NCBI GenBank assembly: GCA_024691875.1
Contig: JAILNG010000119.1
Coordinates: 2,100 to 66,099, forward strand
Direction of reading: 5' to 3'
Source of the DNA: Lachnospiraceae bacterium
Lineage (GTDB): Bacteria; Bacillota; Clostridia; Lachnospirales; Lachnospiraceae
Length of the DNA stretch: 64,000 bases
Shown here: positions 9,495 through 18,975 of the stretch, one piece after another
How the letters are laid out: the number at the start of each line of letters is the position of its first letter
Numbering within the stretch: position 1 is the first letter of the stretch
Notes under the pieces: generated by a model
Told to the model about the DNA's origin: nothing
The model's database searches: none
The model's input: the letters and a program-made list of their open reading frames with translations, nothing else
Translations under genes and position numbers: made by a program

Positions 9495-10466
9495 TTAAAT
9501 TGTTTTGGAAACATGAAGAAGGAAAGGATCGAGATCTTTCTTCATTGCAAGAGCTTCTTCGATGTCGTAATCAACAAACTTTCCATCCTTGTAAGCTACT
9601 ACACGGTTTGTCTTTCCTGCGCAAAGGAGTTCAACAGCCATGCATCCCATTGCGGAAGCATAGACTCTGTCCTTCGCCGTAGGACTTCCGCCACGCTGAA
9701 TGTGACCGATGATGGTAGCACGGGTCTCTATGCCTGTTGCTGCTTCGATACGATCTGCCATTCTGTAAGAATTACCGATACCCTCGGCATTTACAATGAT
9801 GGTGTGCTTCTTTCCCAAAGCCTTTCTTGCAAGGATGTGCTGAACAACCCTTTTCTCATCATAATTCATGAGTTCGGGAAGGAGGATCTCCTCGGCGCCG
9901 TTTGCAATACCGCTCCAAAGAGCAATGTAACCTGCGCGACGTCCCATAACTTCGATGATTGAAACTCTCTCATGAGATGTGGATGTATCACGAACCTTGT
10001 CGATGGCATCCATAGCTGTGTTAACAGCTGTATCAAATCCGATAGTATAATCTGTGCATGCAATGTCAAGATCGATGGTTCCGGGAACACCAACAGTGTT
10101 GATGCCTCTTGCCGCCAACTGACGTGCGCCCTGGAAAGATCCGTCTCCGCCGATTACAACAAGACCGTCGATACCGTTCTTTCTGCAGATCTCAGCGCCC
10201 TTATCCTGACCTTCGGATGTAACGAATTCCTGGCAGCGAGCTGTGTAGAGTTTTGTACCTCCACGCTGGATCGTATCGGAAACGCTGCGTGAATCCATGT
10301 CGATGATATCCTCATCGAGAAGACCTGCGTATCCTCTGTTAATACCCTTAACCTTTACACCATTTTCGATGGCCGTACGAACAACCGCACGAATTGCAGC
10401 GTTCATTCCGGGCGCATCGCCGCCACTGGTGAGTACCCCTATGGTTTTAACCATGCTTTCTGCCAT
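9495..10466 (-). CDS. pfkA: ATP-dependent 6-phosphofructokinase
   Basis: 323 aa with LTSGGDAPGMNAA, VVIGGDGSF and VGVPGTIDLD. Gly at both nucleotide-specificity positions marks the ATP type. GGAGG RBS. Confidence 0.92.
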   Translation of the reverse strand: MAESMVKTIGVLTSGGDAPGMNAAIRAVVRTAIENGVKVKGINRGYAGLLDEDIIDMDSRSVSDTIQRGGTKLYTARCQEFVTSEGQDKGAEICRKNGIDGLVVIGGDGSFQGARQLAARGINTVGVPGTIDLDIACTDYTIGFDTAVNTAMDAIDKVRDTSTSHERVSIIEVMGRRAGYIALWSGIANGAEEILLPELMNYDEKRVVQHILARKALGKKHTIIVNAEGIGNSYRMADRIEAATGIETRATIIGHIQRGGSPTAKDRVYASAMGCMAVELLCAGKTNRVVAYKDGKFVDYDIEEALAMKKDLDPFLLHVSKTI

Positions 10467-10598
10467 AATAAGCCTCCAAAACTATTAGAGTTTTCTACGA
10501 AAATTTACTACTTGTTACAAGTTTTGTATTTTACAACGAAACAGTTTTTTTGTAAATATCCAAAAAAGATAAAATGAAGAAACTTTTGATTAACAAGG

Positions 10599-13500
10599 TT
10601 AAAAAGTAACCTTAATCTGCTCATTTCCGAACTTTTTTATCAACTTTTCGGGAAGATCACCGCTCAGATCCACAGAAAAGCTTCTGCCAAGTTTTTTCAT
10701 TTGTTTTTCTTCTTCAAGGTAGATCACCACATCCGATCTTCCGTCACTGCTCTTTAAGATCTCCAGCAATTCCTTTTCCGACGCACTGTATTCATCTTTG
10801 TTTTTAAATCTCACCCAAAGTTTTCCGGGAATGGCATCCAGCCTGTCGATCTCGGAAAGAATGATCTTTGCGCCCCTTTCTTCATCGGTGGAGATCCTGC
10901 CTTTTATCATGACCTTTTCATCTTCATTGAGAAGCTTTTTGTTTTTCTCAAAATCATTCGGAAAAACAATAACTTCCGTGTTTCCGTAGAGATCCTCCAG
11001 TTTGAGGAAAGCCATGGTACGATTGTTTTTGGTAACCTTTCTGGACACTTCGGTGATCATTCCGCCGATCACAACATTCTGATCGTCTCGGACCTTAAGT
11101 TCACCCGTTTCTTCATCGGCCTTAAGATCTGCGGTCGTGGTGTCGCAATGCTTTTTCAGAATGTCGATATAGTTTTCCAGAGGATGTCCGCTGACGTAAA
11201 GATCCAGCACTTCCTTTTCGTATCCCAAAAGTTCATCCTTACCGAACTCTCCCACATCGGGAAGAGGCGTTTCCATGGCGACTTTTTCTTCGGGATCCAT
11301 GAAATCAAAGAAAGAAAGCTGCCCCGTGATCTCCTTTTTGTGCTCATTCACCGCATCATCGATGATGATCTGGTAGACCTGAAGAAGCTGTTTTCTGGTT
11401 CCCGGAACGGAATCAAAAGCTCCCGCTTTAATGAGATTTTCCACAGTTCTCTTATTGATTCCCAAAGGAACGCAACGTTTTGCAAAATCCTTGAGAGACG
11501 TGAATCTTCCGTTGTTTTCTCTTTCTGCCTTGATGTCCTCAACAACCTGCCTTCCGACTCCCTTAATAGCCGACAGTCCGTAGCGAATGGATCTTCCGCC
11601 CACGGTGAAGCCTACTCCGCTCTCATTTACATCGGGCGGCAGAACGCTTACGCCCATCTTTTTACAGGTGTACATGTACTCCGTAACTTTTCCGGTATTG
11701 TCCATGATGGAAGTCATTAACGCAGCCATGTATTCAACCGGATAATAGTACTTAAGGAAGGCTGTCTGATAGGAAACCACAGCATAACATGCGGCATGGG
11801 CCTTATTAAAGGCGTACTTTGCAAAGTCCGTCATTTCATCGTAAATGTGATTTGCCACCTTTTCCGAGATGCCTCTTGCCTCACAGCCCGGAACGTTTTC
11901 CTGTGCGTTTCCGTGAACAAAATTTTCTCTTTCCTTTGCCATTACATCGGCCTTTTTCTTGGCCATGGCACGGCGCACCAGATCGCTCCGTCCGTAAGAG
12001 TAGCCCGCCAGATCTCTTACGATCTGCATAACCTGCTCCTGATAGACAATACATCCATAGGTGGTTTCCAGTATGGGTTTTAATTCCTCACAGTCATATG
12101 TTATCGAGCCCCTGTCATTTTTTCCCTTAATATACTTCGGAATAAAATCCATGGGGCCGGGACGATAAAGGGAGATCCCGGCGATAACGTCTTCTATGGA
12201 AGTGGGCTTGAGTTCCTTCATGAAACTCGTCATTCCCTTGCTTTCAAGCTGAAAGACGCCGTCGGTCTTTGCCTGAGAGATCATTTCAAAGATGTTTTTA
12301 TCCTCGTAGCTGATCTCTTTTATCGAAAAGCGCTTCTCTCCCGGCTTTTTGTTCATGTTTACAAAGTTTTCCGCATCCTTTATGACAGTAAGTGTTCTTA
12401 GTCCCAAAAAGTCCATTTTGAGAAGTCCCAGATGCTCACACTCCGTCATATTAAACTGAGTTGTAACGGAACCGTCCGCCGCACAGGACAGAGGCACGTA
12501 ATCATCAACAGGCGCGTTACTGATGATAACGCCGGCAGCATGCATGGATGTATGCCTGGGGAGTCCTTCCAAAGCCATGGCCATGTCCAGGAGATTTCTG
12601 ATCTCTTTATCCTCATCATACATTTTTTTCAGATCGCTGCTTTTTACCAATGCATCTGCAATGGTAATGTTCAGTTCATTCGGCACCAGCTTTGCCACAA
12701 CGTCAACTCTCGCGTAAGGCAGATCCAGCGCTCTTCCCACATCTCTGATGGCATTTTTCGCAGCCATAGTACCGAAGGTAACTATCTGGCAGACTCTGTC
12801 ACGGCCATATTTTCTTACTACATAATCAATGACTTCCTGTCTTCTTTCGTAGCAGAAATCCACGTCGAAATCCGGCATGGAAACACGTTCCGGGTTCAAA
12901 AATCTTTCAAACAGCAGGTTGTACTTAATGGGATCAATGTCCGTGATCTCAAGGCAATAAGCCGCGATACTTCCCGCACCGCTGCCTCGCCCGGGTCCCA
13001 CGGGGATGTCATGATCCTTGGCATATTTAATGAAGTCCCAAACGATCAGGAAGTAGTCGACAAAGCCCATATCATGCACGATCTTAAGCTCGTAGTCAAG
13101 CCTTTCCCTGAGTTCGGGTGTAACTTCTTTGTATCTCTTTTTAATGCCCTCTTCGCAGAGGAATTGCAGATAGGTCCATGCGTCGTAGCCCTCCGGCACA
13201 TCAAACTTCGGCAGCTTGTAATTACCGAATTCGAATTCCACATTGCAGCGATCTGCAATCTTGCAGGTGTTTTCCAAAGCCTCCGGGGCATATGGAAACA
13301 GTGCGGCCATCTCTTCCTCCGATTTAAGGTAGAATTGCCCGCCCTCATATCTCATTCGGTCTTCATCCTGAACTTTTTTCTGAGTCTGTATACAAAGGAG
13401 AATGTCGTGAGCCACGGCATCTTCAGCTTTAATGTAGTGGGAATCGTTGGTGCAGATAAGATCTATGCCTGTTTCTTCATGCATACGCATGAGGAAGGTG

Positions 13501-14060
13501 TTTACAGTCTTTTGCTCCGGTATCCCGTGGTCCTGAAGCTCCAAAAAGAAATTACCCTTTCCGAAGATCCTTTCAAGGCGCAATGCTGCTTCCTTGCCTT
13601 CTTCGTACAAGCCTCTTTTAAGATAGTTCGCCACCTCTCCGGCCAGACATGCGGAGGTGCAGATGATCCCCTCGTGGTACTTTTCCAAAACCTCAAGGTC
13701 GACTCTGGGCTTATAGTAGAAGCCCTCGGTGAATCCGATTGAAACGATCTTTATCAGATTGTGATAACCCGTGTCATTTTCCGCCAAAAGGATCAGATGT
13801 CTGTATCGCTCATCAGAAACGGAACCGGACTTTTCAAACCTGGATCCCGGCGCCACATAGACTTCGCATCCTATGATGGGCTTGATCCCTGCGTTTTTAC
13901 ATTCGGTCCAGAATTCCACAGCTCCGAACATCACCCCGTGATCCGTGATGGCAAGTGCCTTCATTCCCAGTTCCTTTGCTCTGGCCACCAAAGGTTTGAT
14001 CTTTGCGGATCCGTCCAGAAGGGAGTAACCCGTATGTACATGTAAATGTGTAAAACTCAT
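10599..14060 (-). CDS. dnaE: DNA polymerase III alpha subunit (DnaE type)
   Basis: 1153 aa. The PHP domain begins FTHLHVHTGYSLLDG, followed by polymerase core motifs and a C-terminal OB region. Confidence 0.95.
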   Translation of the reverse strand: MSFTHLHVHTGYSLLDGSAKIKPLVARAKELGMKALAITDHGVMFGAVEFWTECKNAGIKPIIGCEVYVAPGSRFEKSGSVSDERYRHLILLAENDTGYHNLIKIVSIGFTEGFYYKPRVDLEVLEKYHEGIICTSACLAGEVANYLKRGLYEEGKEAALRLERIFGKGNFFLELQDHGIPEQKTVNTFLMRMHEETGIDLICTNDSHYIKAEDAVAHDILLCIQTQKKVQDEDRMRYEGGQFYLKSEEEMAALFPYAPEALENTCKIADRCNVEFEFGNYKLPKFDVPEGYDAWTYLQFLCEEGIKKRYKEVTPELRERLDYELKIVHDMGFVDYFLIVWDFIKYAKDHDIPVGPGRGSGAGSIAAYCLEITDIDPIKYNLLFERFLNPERVSMPDFDVDFCYERRQEVIDYVVRKYGRDRVCQIVTFGTMAAKNAIRDVGRALDLPYARVDVVAKLVPNELNITIADALVKSSDLKKMYDEDKEIRNLLDMAMALEGLPRHTSMHAAGVIISNAPVDDYVPLSCAADGSVTTQFNMTECEHLGLLKMDFLGLRTLTVIKDAENFVNMNKKPGEKRFSIKEISYEDKNIFEMISQAKTDGVFQLESKGMTSFMKELKPTSIEDVIAGISLYRPGPMDFIPKYIKGKNDRGSITYDCEELKPILETTYGCIVYQEQVMQIVRDLAGYSYGRSDLVRRAMAKKKADVMAKERENFVHGNAQENVPGCEARGISEKVANHIYDEMTDFAKYAFNKAHAACYAVVSYQTAFLKYYYPVEYMAALMTSIMDNTGKVTEYMYTCKKMGVSVLPPDVNESGVGFTVGGRSIRYGLSAIKGVGRQVVEDIKAERENNGRFTSLKDFAKRCVPLGINKRTVENLIKAGAFDSVPGTRKQLLQVYQIIIDDAVNEHKKEITGQLSFFDFMDPEEKVAMETPLPDVGEFGKDELLGYEKEVLDLYVSGHPLENYIDILKKHCDTTTADLKADEETGELKVRDDQNVVIGGMITEVSRKVTKNNRTMAFLKLEDLYGNTEVIVFPNDFEKNKKLLNEDEKVMIKGRISTDEERGAKIILSEIDRLDAIPGKLWVRFKNKDEYSASEKELLEILKSSDGRSDVVIYLEEEKQMKKLGRSFSVDLSGDLPEKLIKKFGNEQIKVTF

Positions 14061-14072
14061 AATTTCACCCCT

Positions 14073-14106
14073 AAAACGAGAAAAACCTCATTCAACGAAT
14101 GAGGTT
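14073..14106 (-). terminator. Intrinsic terminator after the crh-like gene
   Basis: On the minus strand, AACCTCATTC-gtt-GAATGAGGTT is followed by TTTCTCGTTTT. Confidence 0.75.
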
Positions 14107-14139
14107 ATTATAGCATAAATCAAAACAAACAATAAAGTC

Positions 14140-14397
14140 CTATTTGGTTCCCGTAAGAAGATTTTGTACTTCCTTACTTGCTGCTTCTTCATCGGCGCCG
14201 TCAGCCACGATCGTAACCACTTCGCCGTCAATTATTCTGAGTGTCATTACGCCCATGATGCTCTTTGCATTGATGAGCTTGTCTGTCTGTTCAACGTAAA
14301 CTCTTGAATCAAATTTACTTGCTGTCTGCACCAAAAGTGCTGCCGGAGTAACATCCATCTTAGATGTCTTCGCTATGGTGATTTGATTTCTGATCAT
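14140..14397 (-). CDS. HPr-family protein, Crh-like (no His15, Ser46 present)
   Basis: 85 aa. The segment PAALLVQTASKF...INAKSIMGVM aligns to HPr/Crh. Position 15 is Asp, position 17 is Thr and Ser46 is retained. The GAGGA RBS lies inside the whiA 3' end (38-nt overlap). Confidence 0.8.
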   Translation of the reverse strand: MIRNQITIAKTSKMDVTPAALLVQTASKFDSRVYVEQTDKLINAKSIMGVMTLRIIDGEVVTIVADGADEEAASKEVQNLLTGTK

Positions 14398-15217
14398 CTT
14401 GTTCCTCTTTTCCTTTCAAGTCTCGAGCTATGGCAATAATTTTTTCAAGTCTGTGATTAACCCCGGATCTGCCAAGTCTCGGCTCAGTCATTTCTCCAAT
14501 TTCCGAAAGAGATTTCTCCGGATTGGCAACTCTGAGCTCTGCGATGCTCTGTAGTGCCTCGGGCAGAGTTTTAAGGACATTCCTGTCGTCCAGATACTTA
14601 ATGCACTCACATGCATATTCCGAAGCTACCACCGTTTTTTTCAAATTCGATGTTTCGCAATTAACTTTGCGATTAACTTTGTTCTTGACTTCCTTAAGGA
14701 TCCTTACATTTTCGAAGTTCATGAGTGAAACATGCGCTTCCATAATATTCAAAAGATCACTGATCTTGTCCGCATCCTTAAAATAAAGCCTGAATCTGTT
14801 TCCTCTTTGTGCCACCTTACCGGTAACATCAAAGGCTGCTGTGGCAAGGTTCAGAAGTTCTATGCCCGAACGGGTTTTTGCCGCGATCTCCAGATGATAC
14901 TCATCCTTCGGATCCGTAACACTGCCCGCTCCCAAAAAAGCTCCCCTTAAGAAACTTCTTTTGCAACAGCTGCGTTCGATGATCTTCATGTCTTTAAGAA
15001 AAAGCAAGCCGTTCTTTTCCTCCAACCTGCACATTTTCACAAAGTCATTTTCGTTTCCTAAATCATCGGTTAATGATTTTAAGACAGACATATCGCATTT
15101 GTCAACAGATTTTTTTTGAGAATATAAAATGTATCCCGCAATTTCCGCAATTTTACAATGCTTTGGAATGGGTAGGATCGTTGTTAATTCTGTTTTTACT
15201 TCACTGCAAAAAGACAT
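14360..15217 (-). CDS. whiA: Sporulation/cell-division regulator WhiA
   Basis: 285 aa with the typical N-terminus MSFCSEVKTEL. It has LAGLIDADG-like repeats (FLRGAFLGAGS) and a C-terminal HTH. It follows rapZ. Confidence 0.85.
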   Translation of the reverse strand: MSFCSEVKTELTTILPIPKHCKIAEIAGYILYSQKKSVDKCDMSVLKSLTDDLGNENDFVKMCRLEEKNGLLFLKDMKIIERSCCKRSFLRGAFLGAGSVTDPKDEYHLEIAAKTRSGIELLNLATAAFDVTGKVAQRGNRFRLYFKDADKISDLLNIMEAHVSLMNFENVRILKEVKNKVNRKVNCETSNLKKTVVASEYACECIKYLDDRNVLKTLPEALQSIAELRVANPEKSLSEIGEMTEPRLGRSGVNHRLEKIIAIARDLKGKEEQDDQKSNHHSEDI

Positions 15218-16074
15218 TATTTTATTATATCCCTATGAATGGTCTTAACCGAGTAATCGTCCTTTTCCAATGCGTCGGAAAGCACCTTTGCCATGGTTAC
15301 CGAGCGGTGTTTACCGCCGGTACATCCGATACCGATCACAAGACCGTTTTTACCTTCGTTAATGTAATGGGGGATCAAAAACTCCACCATATCAATGAGT
15401 TTTGAGACAAATTCGTCTGCCTGAGGACTCTTCATTACAAAGTCCCGCACTTCTTCATTCTCTCCGGTCAGGTGCTTAAGACTTTGAACGTAGAAGGGAT
15501 TTGCAAGAAATCGTACGTCAAAGACCATGTCCGCATCTACAGGTATACCATACTTAAATCCGAAAGAGATCACGGTAACGATAAAATTCTTAAACACCTT
15601 GTTATTAACAAAGATGCTGTCGATCTCCTGCTTCAGGTCTCTCACAAGAAGAGTGCTGGTGTCAAGGACATAATCCGCTTTACCTTTAAGAAAAGCGATC
15701 TTCTTACGCTCTTCCTCTATTCCCGCTTCCACTCTTCCGCTGCCCGACAGGGGATGATTTCTTCTGGTCTCTTTGTATCTTTTGATCAAAGTCTCATCCG
15801 AGGCATCAAGAAAAAGGATCTCATACTTGATCCTCATTTCCTTAAGCTCAGTGAGCACAGGTTCAACCTCGTCAAGCGAATGACCGCTTCTTATGTCAAC
15901 ACCTATGGCGATCTTGTCAAATTCACCACGGTTACTGTTCTCCGCGATCTGAGCAAATTTGGAGATCAAAGGGATAGGAAGATTGTCGGCGCAAAAAAAG
16001 CCCGCATCTTCAAGCATTTTAAGCACAGATGATTTTCCCGCTCCGGACATTCCCGTTACAATTACAAATCTCAT
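15217..16074 (-). CDS. rapZ: RNase adapter / nucleotide-binding protein RapZ (YvcJ)
   Basis: 285 aa with Walker A GMSGAGKS. The C-terminal GCTGGKHRS motif is typical of RapZ. Confidence 0.9.
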   Translation of the reverse strand: MRFVIVTGMSGAGKSSVLKMLEDAGFFCADNLPIPLISKFAQIAENSNRGEFDKIAIGVDIRSGHSLDEVEPVLTELKEMRIKYEILFLDASDETLIKRYKETRRNHPLSGSGRVEAGIEEERKKIAFLKGKADYVLDTSTLLVRDLKQEIDSIFVNNKVFKNFIVTVISFGFKYGIPVDADMVFDVRFLANPFYVQSLKHLTGENEEVRDFVMKSPQADEFVSKLIDMVEFLIPHYINEGKNGLVIGIGCTGGKHRSVTMAKVLSDALEKDDYSVKTIHRDIIK

Positions 16075-16121
16075 TCTCTCGCCTCTTTACAATTTAAACA
16101 GAAACTCATCTTTCTGAATGA

Positions 16122-17057
16122 CTACTTAAGGATTCTGATCTCAGGTTCCAGCATTACACCCGAGTTTTTGTAAACCTTTTCTCTCACGTTTTCGATGACC
16201 GCTTCAACATCCGCTGCGGTGGCATTGTCAGTGTTTACTATGAAACCGGCATGTTTTTCCGAAACTGCGGCTCCGCCCACCTTAAAGCCCTTAAGTCCTG
16301 CCTCTTCGATGAGTTTACCGGCAAAATTTCCTTCCGGTCTCTTAAACGCACTTCCCGCACTGGGAAGATCCAACGGCTGCTTTTCTATCCTTCTTCTCTT
16401 GTACTCTTCCATCATGGTTCTGATGGGAATTCTCGGATAGACCTTTAAGTGGAAGGTCCCACTCAAAATGAACTCTCCGGTCTTTTCGAATCTGCTGGTC
16501 CTGTAGCCCATCTCCGCTTCTTCTTTTGTCACTTCTTTGATCTCTCCGTCGGGAGCCATCACCTTCACCGAAACAAGAGTGTCATTAAGTTCCCCGCCGT
16601 AGGCACCTGCATTCATGAAAATGCCGCCTCCGACGCTACCCGGGATCCCATGAGCAAATTCAAGTCCCGTAAAGCCTTTTTTCAAAGCATACATTGAAAG
16701 CTGAGTCAATGCAACTCCCGCTCCGGAAGTAATGAAAGCAGATCCGTCATTGATGTCCTCTCTGATGGAGATCAGATTAAAATCACCGCCCAAACGCAGG
16801 ATCACACCGTCGTAACCTTCATCGGCCGCCAAAACGTTTGTTCCGTTTCCCAAAAGGAAGAACTTAACATTTTCCTCTTTACAGATCCTTATCGCATCCT
16901 TTAATTCGGTCTCATTTTCACAGATCGCATAAAAAGCAGCGGGTCCTCCGATCCTAAAAGATGTATGCCTGGAAAGAGGCTCATCCGGAAACAGATTTTT
17001 AAGATCCATGATTTCCGCAAATTTTTCCGTAAGAACACTTTTTTTATTCAGTAACAT
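16122..17057 (-). CDS. murB: UDP-N-acetylenolpyruvoylglucosamine reductase
   Basis: 311 aa with the FAD-binding motifs SFRIGGPA and LGNGTNVL. The C-terminal GSAFKRP motif is also present. Confidence 0.9.
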   Translation of the reverse strand: MLLNKKSVLTEKFAEIMDLKNLFPDEPLSRHTSFRIGGPAAFYAICENETELKDAIRICKEENVKFFLLGNGTNVLAADEGYDGVILRLGGDFNLISIREDINDGSAFITSGAGVALTQLSMYALKKGFTGLEFAHGIPGSVGGGIFMNAGAYGGELNDTLVSVKVMAPDGEIKEVTKEEAEMGYRTSRFEKTGEFILSGTFHLKVYPRIPIRTMMEEYKRRRIEKQPLDLPSAGSAFKRPEGNFAGKLIEEAGLKGFKVGGAAVSEKHAGFIVNTDNATAADVEAVIENVREKVYKNSGVMLEPEIRILK

Positions 17058-17991
17058 CCAGCATCATCCTCGCACAACCGTAAATGCCCGCATCGTTTCC
17101 GAGCGTAGCAAGCCTGAATTCCGTTGTCTGCAAAGCATTCAGCAGATTGGGGCCGTAATGCTTTTTCAATGTTTCGATCAGAATGTCTCCCGCTTTGGAA
17201 ACACCGCCTCCGATAACAAAACATTCGGGATCGACAGCTGCTGCCACATGTGAGAGGGCCGCATCCAGAATCTCACAGACATTGTCAACCACATTAAGTG
17301 CCGTCTTGTCTCCCGCCTTTGCAGCGTCAAAAACATCCTTTGCCGTAATGTTTTCAATCTTTGAAAGAGACGAAGCCGGATCTTTCTTTGCCGCTTCGCT
17401 GCCTAAAAAAGCAATTCCCGTGGCAGAGGCATATTGTTCAAGATGGCCGTGTCCTCCGCAGCCGCAAAGCCTTGTTTCATCATCATTCATACGGATGTGA
17501 CCGATCTCACCCGCTGCGCCGTGAGCACCCGCACGGATCTTCCCGTCGCAGATAACTCCTCCGCCTACTCCGGTTCCGAGAGTCACCATCACAATATCAT
17601 TGCAGCCTTTTCCGCCGCCCTTCCACATTTCTCCGAGCGCAGCCACATTTGCATCATTGGCCGCACGGCAGGGAAGCCCCAAAAGCTCCGTAAATTTCTC
17701 GTTAACGTTAAAAATACCCCAACCCAGATTTGCGCATTTTAATACGGTACCGTCTTTTTTAATTGGTCCCGGAACACCGATACCAAGCCCGATAACGTCC
17801 TTTTTGTCAAGGTTCTTTTCGCAGATCTTATCTTTTACCGCATTGACCACATCCTGAGGAACGGAAGCGCCTCCGTTTTCACGATTCGTCTTGATCTCCC
17901 ATTTTTCAATGAGTTCTCCGCTTTCGGTGAAAAGCCCCAGCTTAACCGTTGTTCCTCCAATGTCTGCTCCGAACAGATACTTCATGATCAA
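17044..17991 (-). CDS. glcK: ROK-family glucokinase
   Basis: 315 aa with the N-terminal ATPase motif GADIGGTTVK. The ROK zinc motif is the variant CGCGGHGHLE. The exact start is uncertain (M1 or M3). Confidence 0.82.
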   Translation of the reverse strand: MIMKYLFGADIGGTTVKLGLFTESGELIEKWEIKTNRENGGASVPQDVVNAVKDKICEKNLDKKDVIGLGIGVPGPIKKDGTVLKCANLGWGIFNVNEKFTELLGLPCRAANDANVAALGEMWKGGGKGCNDIVMVTLGTGVGGGVICDGKIRAGAHGAAGEIGHIRMNDDETRLCGCGGHGHLEQYASATGIAFLGSEAAKKDPASSLSKIENITAKDVFDAAKAGDKTALNVVDNVCEILDAALSHVAAAVDPECFVIGGGVSKAGDILIETLKKHYGPNLLNALQTTEFRLATLGNDAGIYGCARMMLDVTE

Positions 17992-18006
17992 TCCCCTTCC
18001 TTTTGT

Positions 18007-18975
18007 TTATTCGTTTTCATTTTCACTGTCTTCTTCATCATCTTCTTCGATGTTTCTGCCGTTCATGATGTTCTCCGTAACACGTCTGGAGAATTCCTTT
18101 GCAGCATTGTAGCCCATCTTCTTCTGTCTGTGATTTACAGCAGCGGACTCAACAATGATCGCAAGATTTCGACCGGGACGGATGGGAAGATCCTGACAAA
18201 CCACCTTATTTCCGAGGAATTCGGTGTATTTGTCCTCAAGACCCATTCTGTCGTATTCCTTATCCTTTACCCAGTCTTCAAGACGAATGACGAGATCTAT
18301 CTGCTGAGTGTTTTTAACACTCGAAATACCGAACAATGTCTTAACATCGATGATACCGATACCTCTGAGCTCGATCAGATGTCTTGTTATCGGAGGTGCG
18401 GAACCTATGAGGGTTGCTTCACTCACCTTCTTGATCTCAACAACATCATCCGCAACAAGTCTGTGTCCTCTCTTTATGAGTTCAAGAGCAGCTTCACTCT
18501 TTCCTATGCCCGATTCACCGATGATCAAAATTCCTTCACCGTAAACATCCACAAGAACGCCGTGAATGGAGATTCTGGGCGCAAGTTCGACTTTCAGCCA
18601 TCTGATGGCTTCACTTTCAAAATCAGAGGTTGACTTTTCGCTTAAAAGAAGCGGAACGCCCTTTTCAAGAGCTACCTTTCTGACCTCTTCCATCGGTCTG
18701 ATCCCGCGACACAAAACTATGCAGGGTATCTTGAAGCTCATGAGCTTTGTGAGAACCTCCAGCCCTTTATCTTCCATTTTGTCCATGTAGGCATGTTCAA
18801 CATGTCCGATGATCTGAACTCTTTCACAATTAAAGTAATCATAGAAGCCAACCAACTGCAGCGCAGGTCTGTTAACTTCGGGTTCCGTTATCTTTCTGCC
18901 CTTAAGATCGATCTCGGGAGTAAGATTCTCCAACCCCATACTTTCGATGAATTTCTTAAGACTAACCGTATACAT
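18007..18975 (-). CDS. hprK: HPr kinase/phosphorylase
   Basis: 322 aa with Walker A GESGIGKSE and the downstream LIELRGIGIIDV signature. The ATG overlaps the uvrC stop (TAATG). Confidence 0.92.
   Translation of the reverse strand: MYTVSLKKFIESMGLENLTPEIDLKGRKITEPEVNRPALQLVGFYDYFNCERVQIIGHVEHAYMDKMEDKGLEVLTKLMSFKIPCIVLCRGIRPMEEVRKVALEKGVPLLLSEKSTSDFESEAIRWLKVELAPRISIHGVLVDVYGEGILIIGESGIGKSEAALELIKRGHRLVADDVVEIKKVSEATLIGSAPPITRHLIELRGIGIIDVKTLFGISSVKNTQQIDLVIRLEDWVKDKEYDRMGLEDKYTEFLGNKVVCQDLPIRPGRNLAIIVESAAVNHRQKKMGYNAAKEFSRRVTENIMNGRNIEEDDEEDSENENE

Noticed and set aside
8126-9514. N-terminal extensions in the ORF track: 8126-9514, 24161-25699, 28588-29790, 42732-43703, 44659-45621, 47052-47843 and 48571-49071.
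   Set aside because: The extended parts overlap neighbouring genes or terminators and lack an RBS. Internal ATGs with Shine-Dalgarno sequences give N-termini typical of the families.
12432-13742. Long antisense ORFs: 436 aa inside dnaE, and similar ones at 52338-53354, 25019-25696, 33225-34013, 37582-38172 and 6077-6676.
   Set aside because: All lie opposite strongly supported conserved genes. They lack RBS-like sequences and have skewed, low-complexity composition. They are typical shadow ORFs.
14140-14358. An alternative later start (Met14, ATG 14358) for the HPr-like gene, which would avoid the overlap with whiA.
   Set aside because: It would remove the first beta-strand of the HPr fold. 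The upstream ATG 14397 has a GAGGA RBS at proper spacing.
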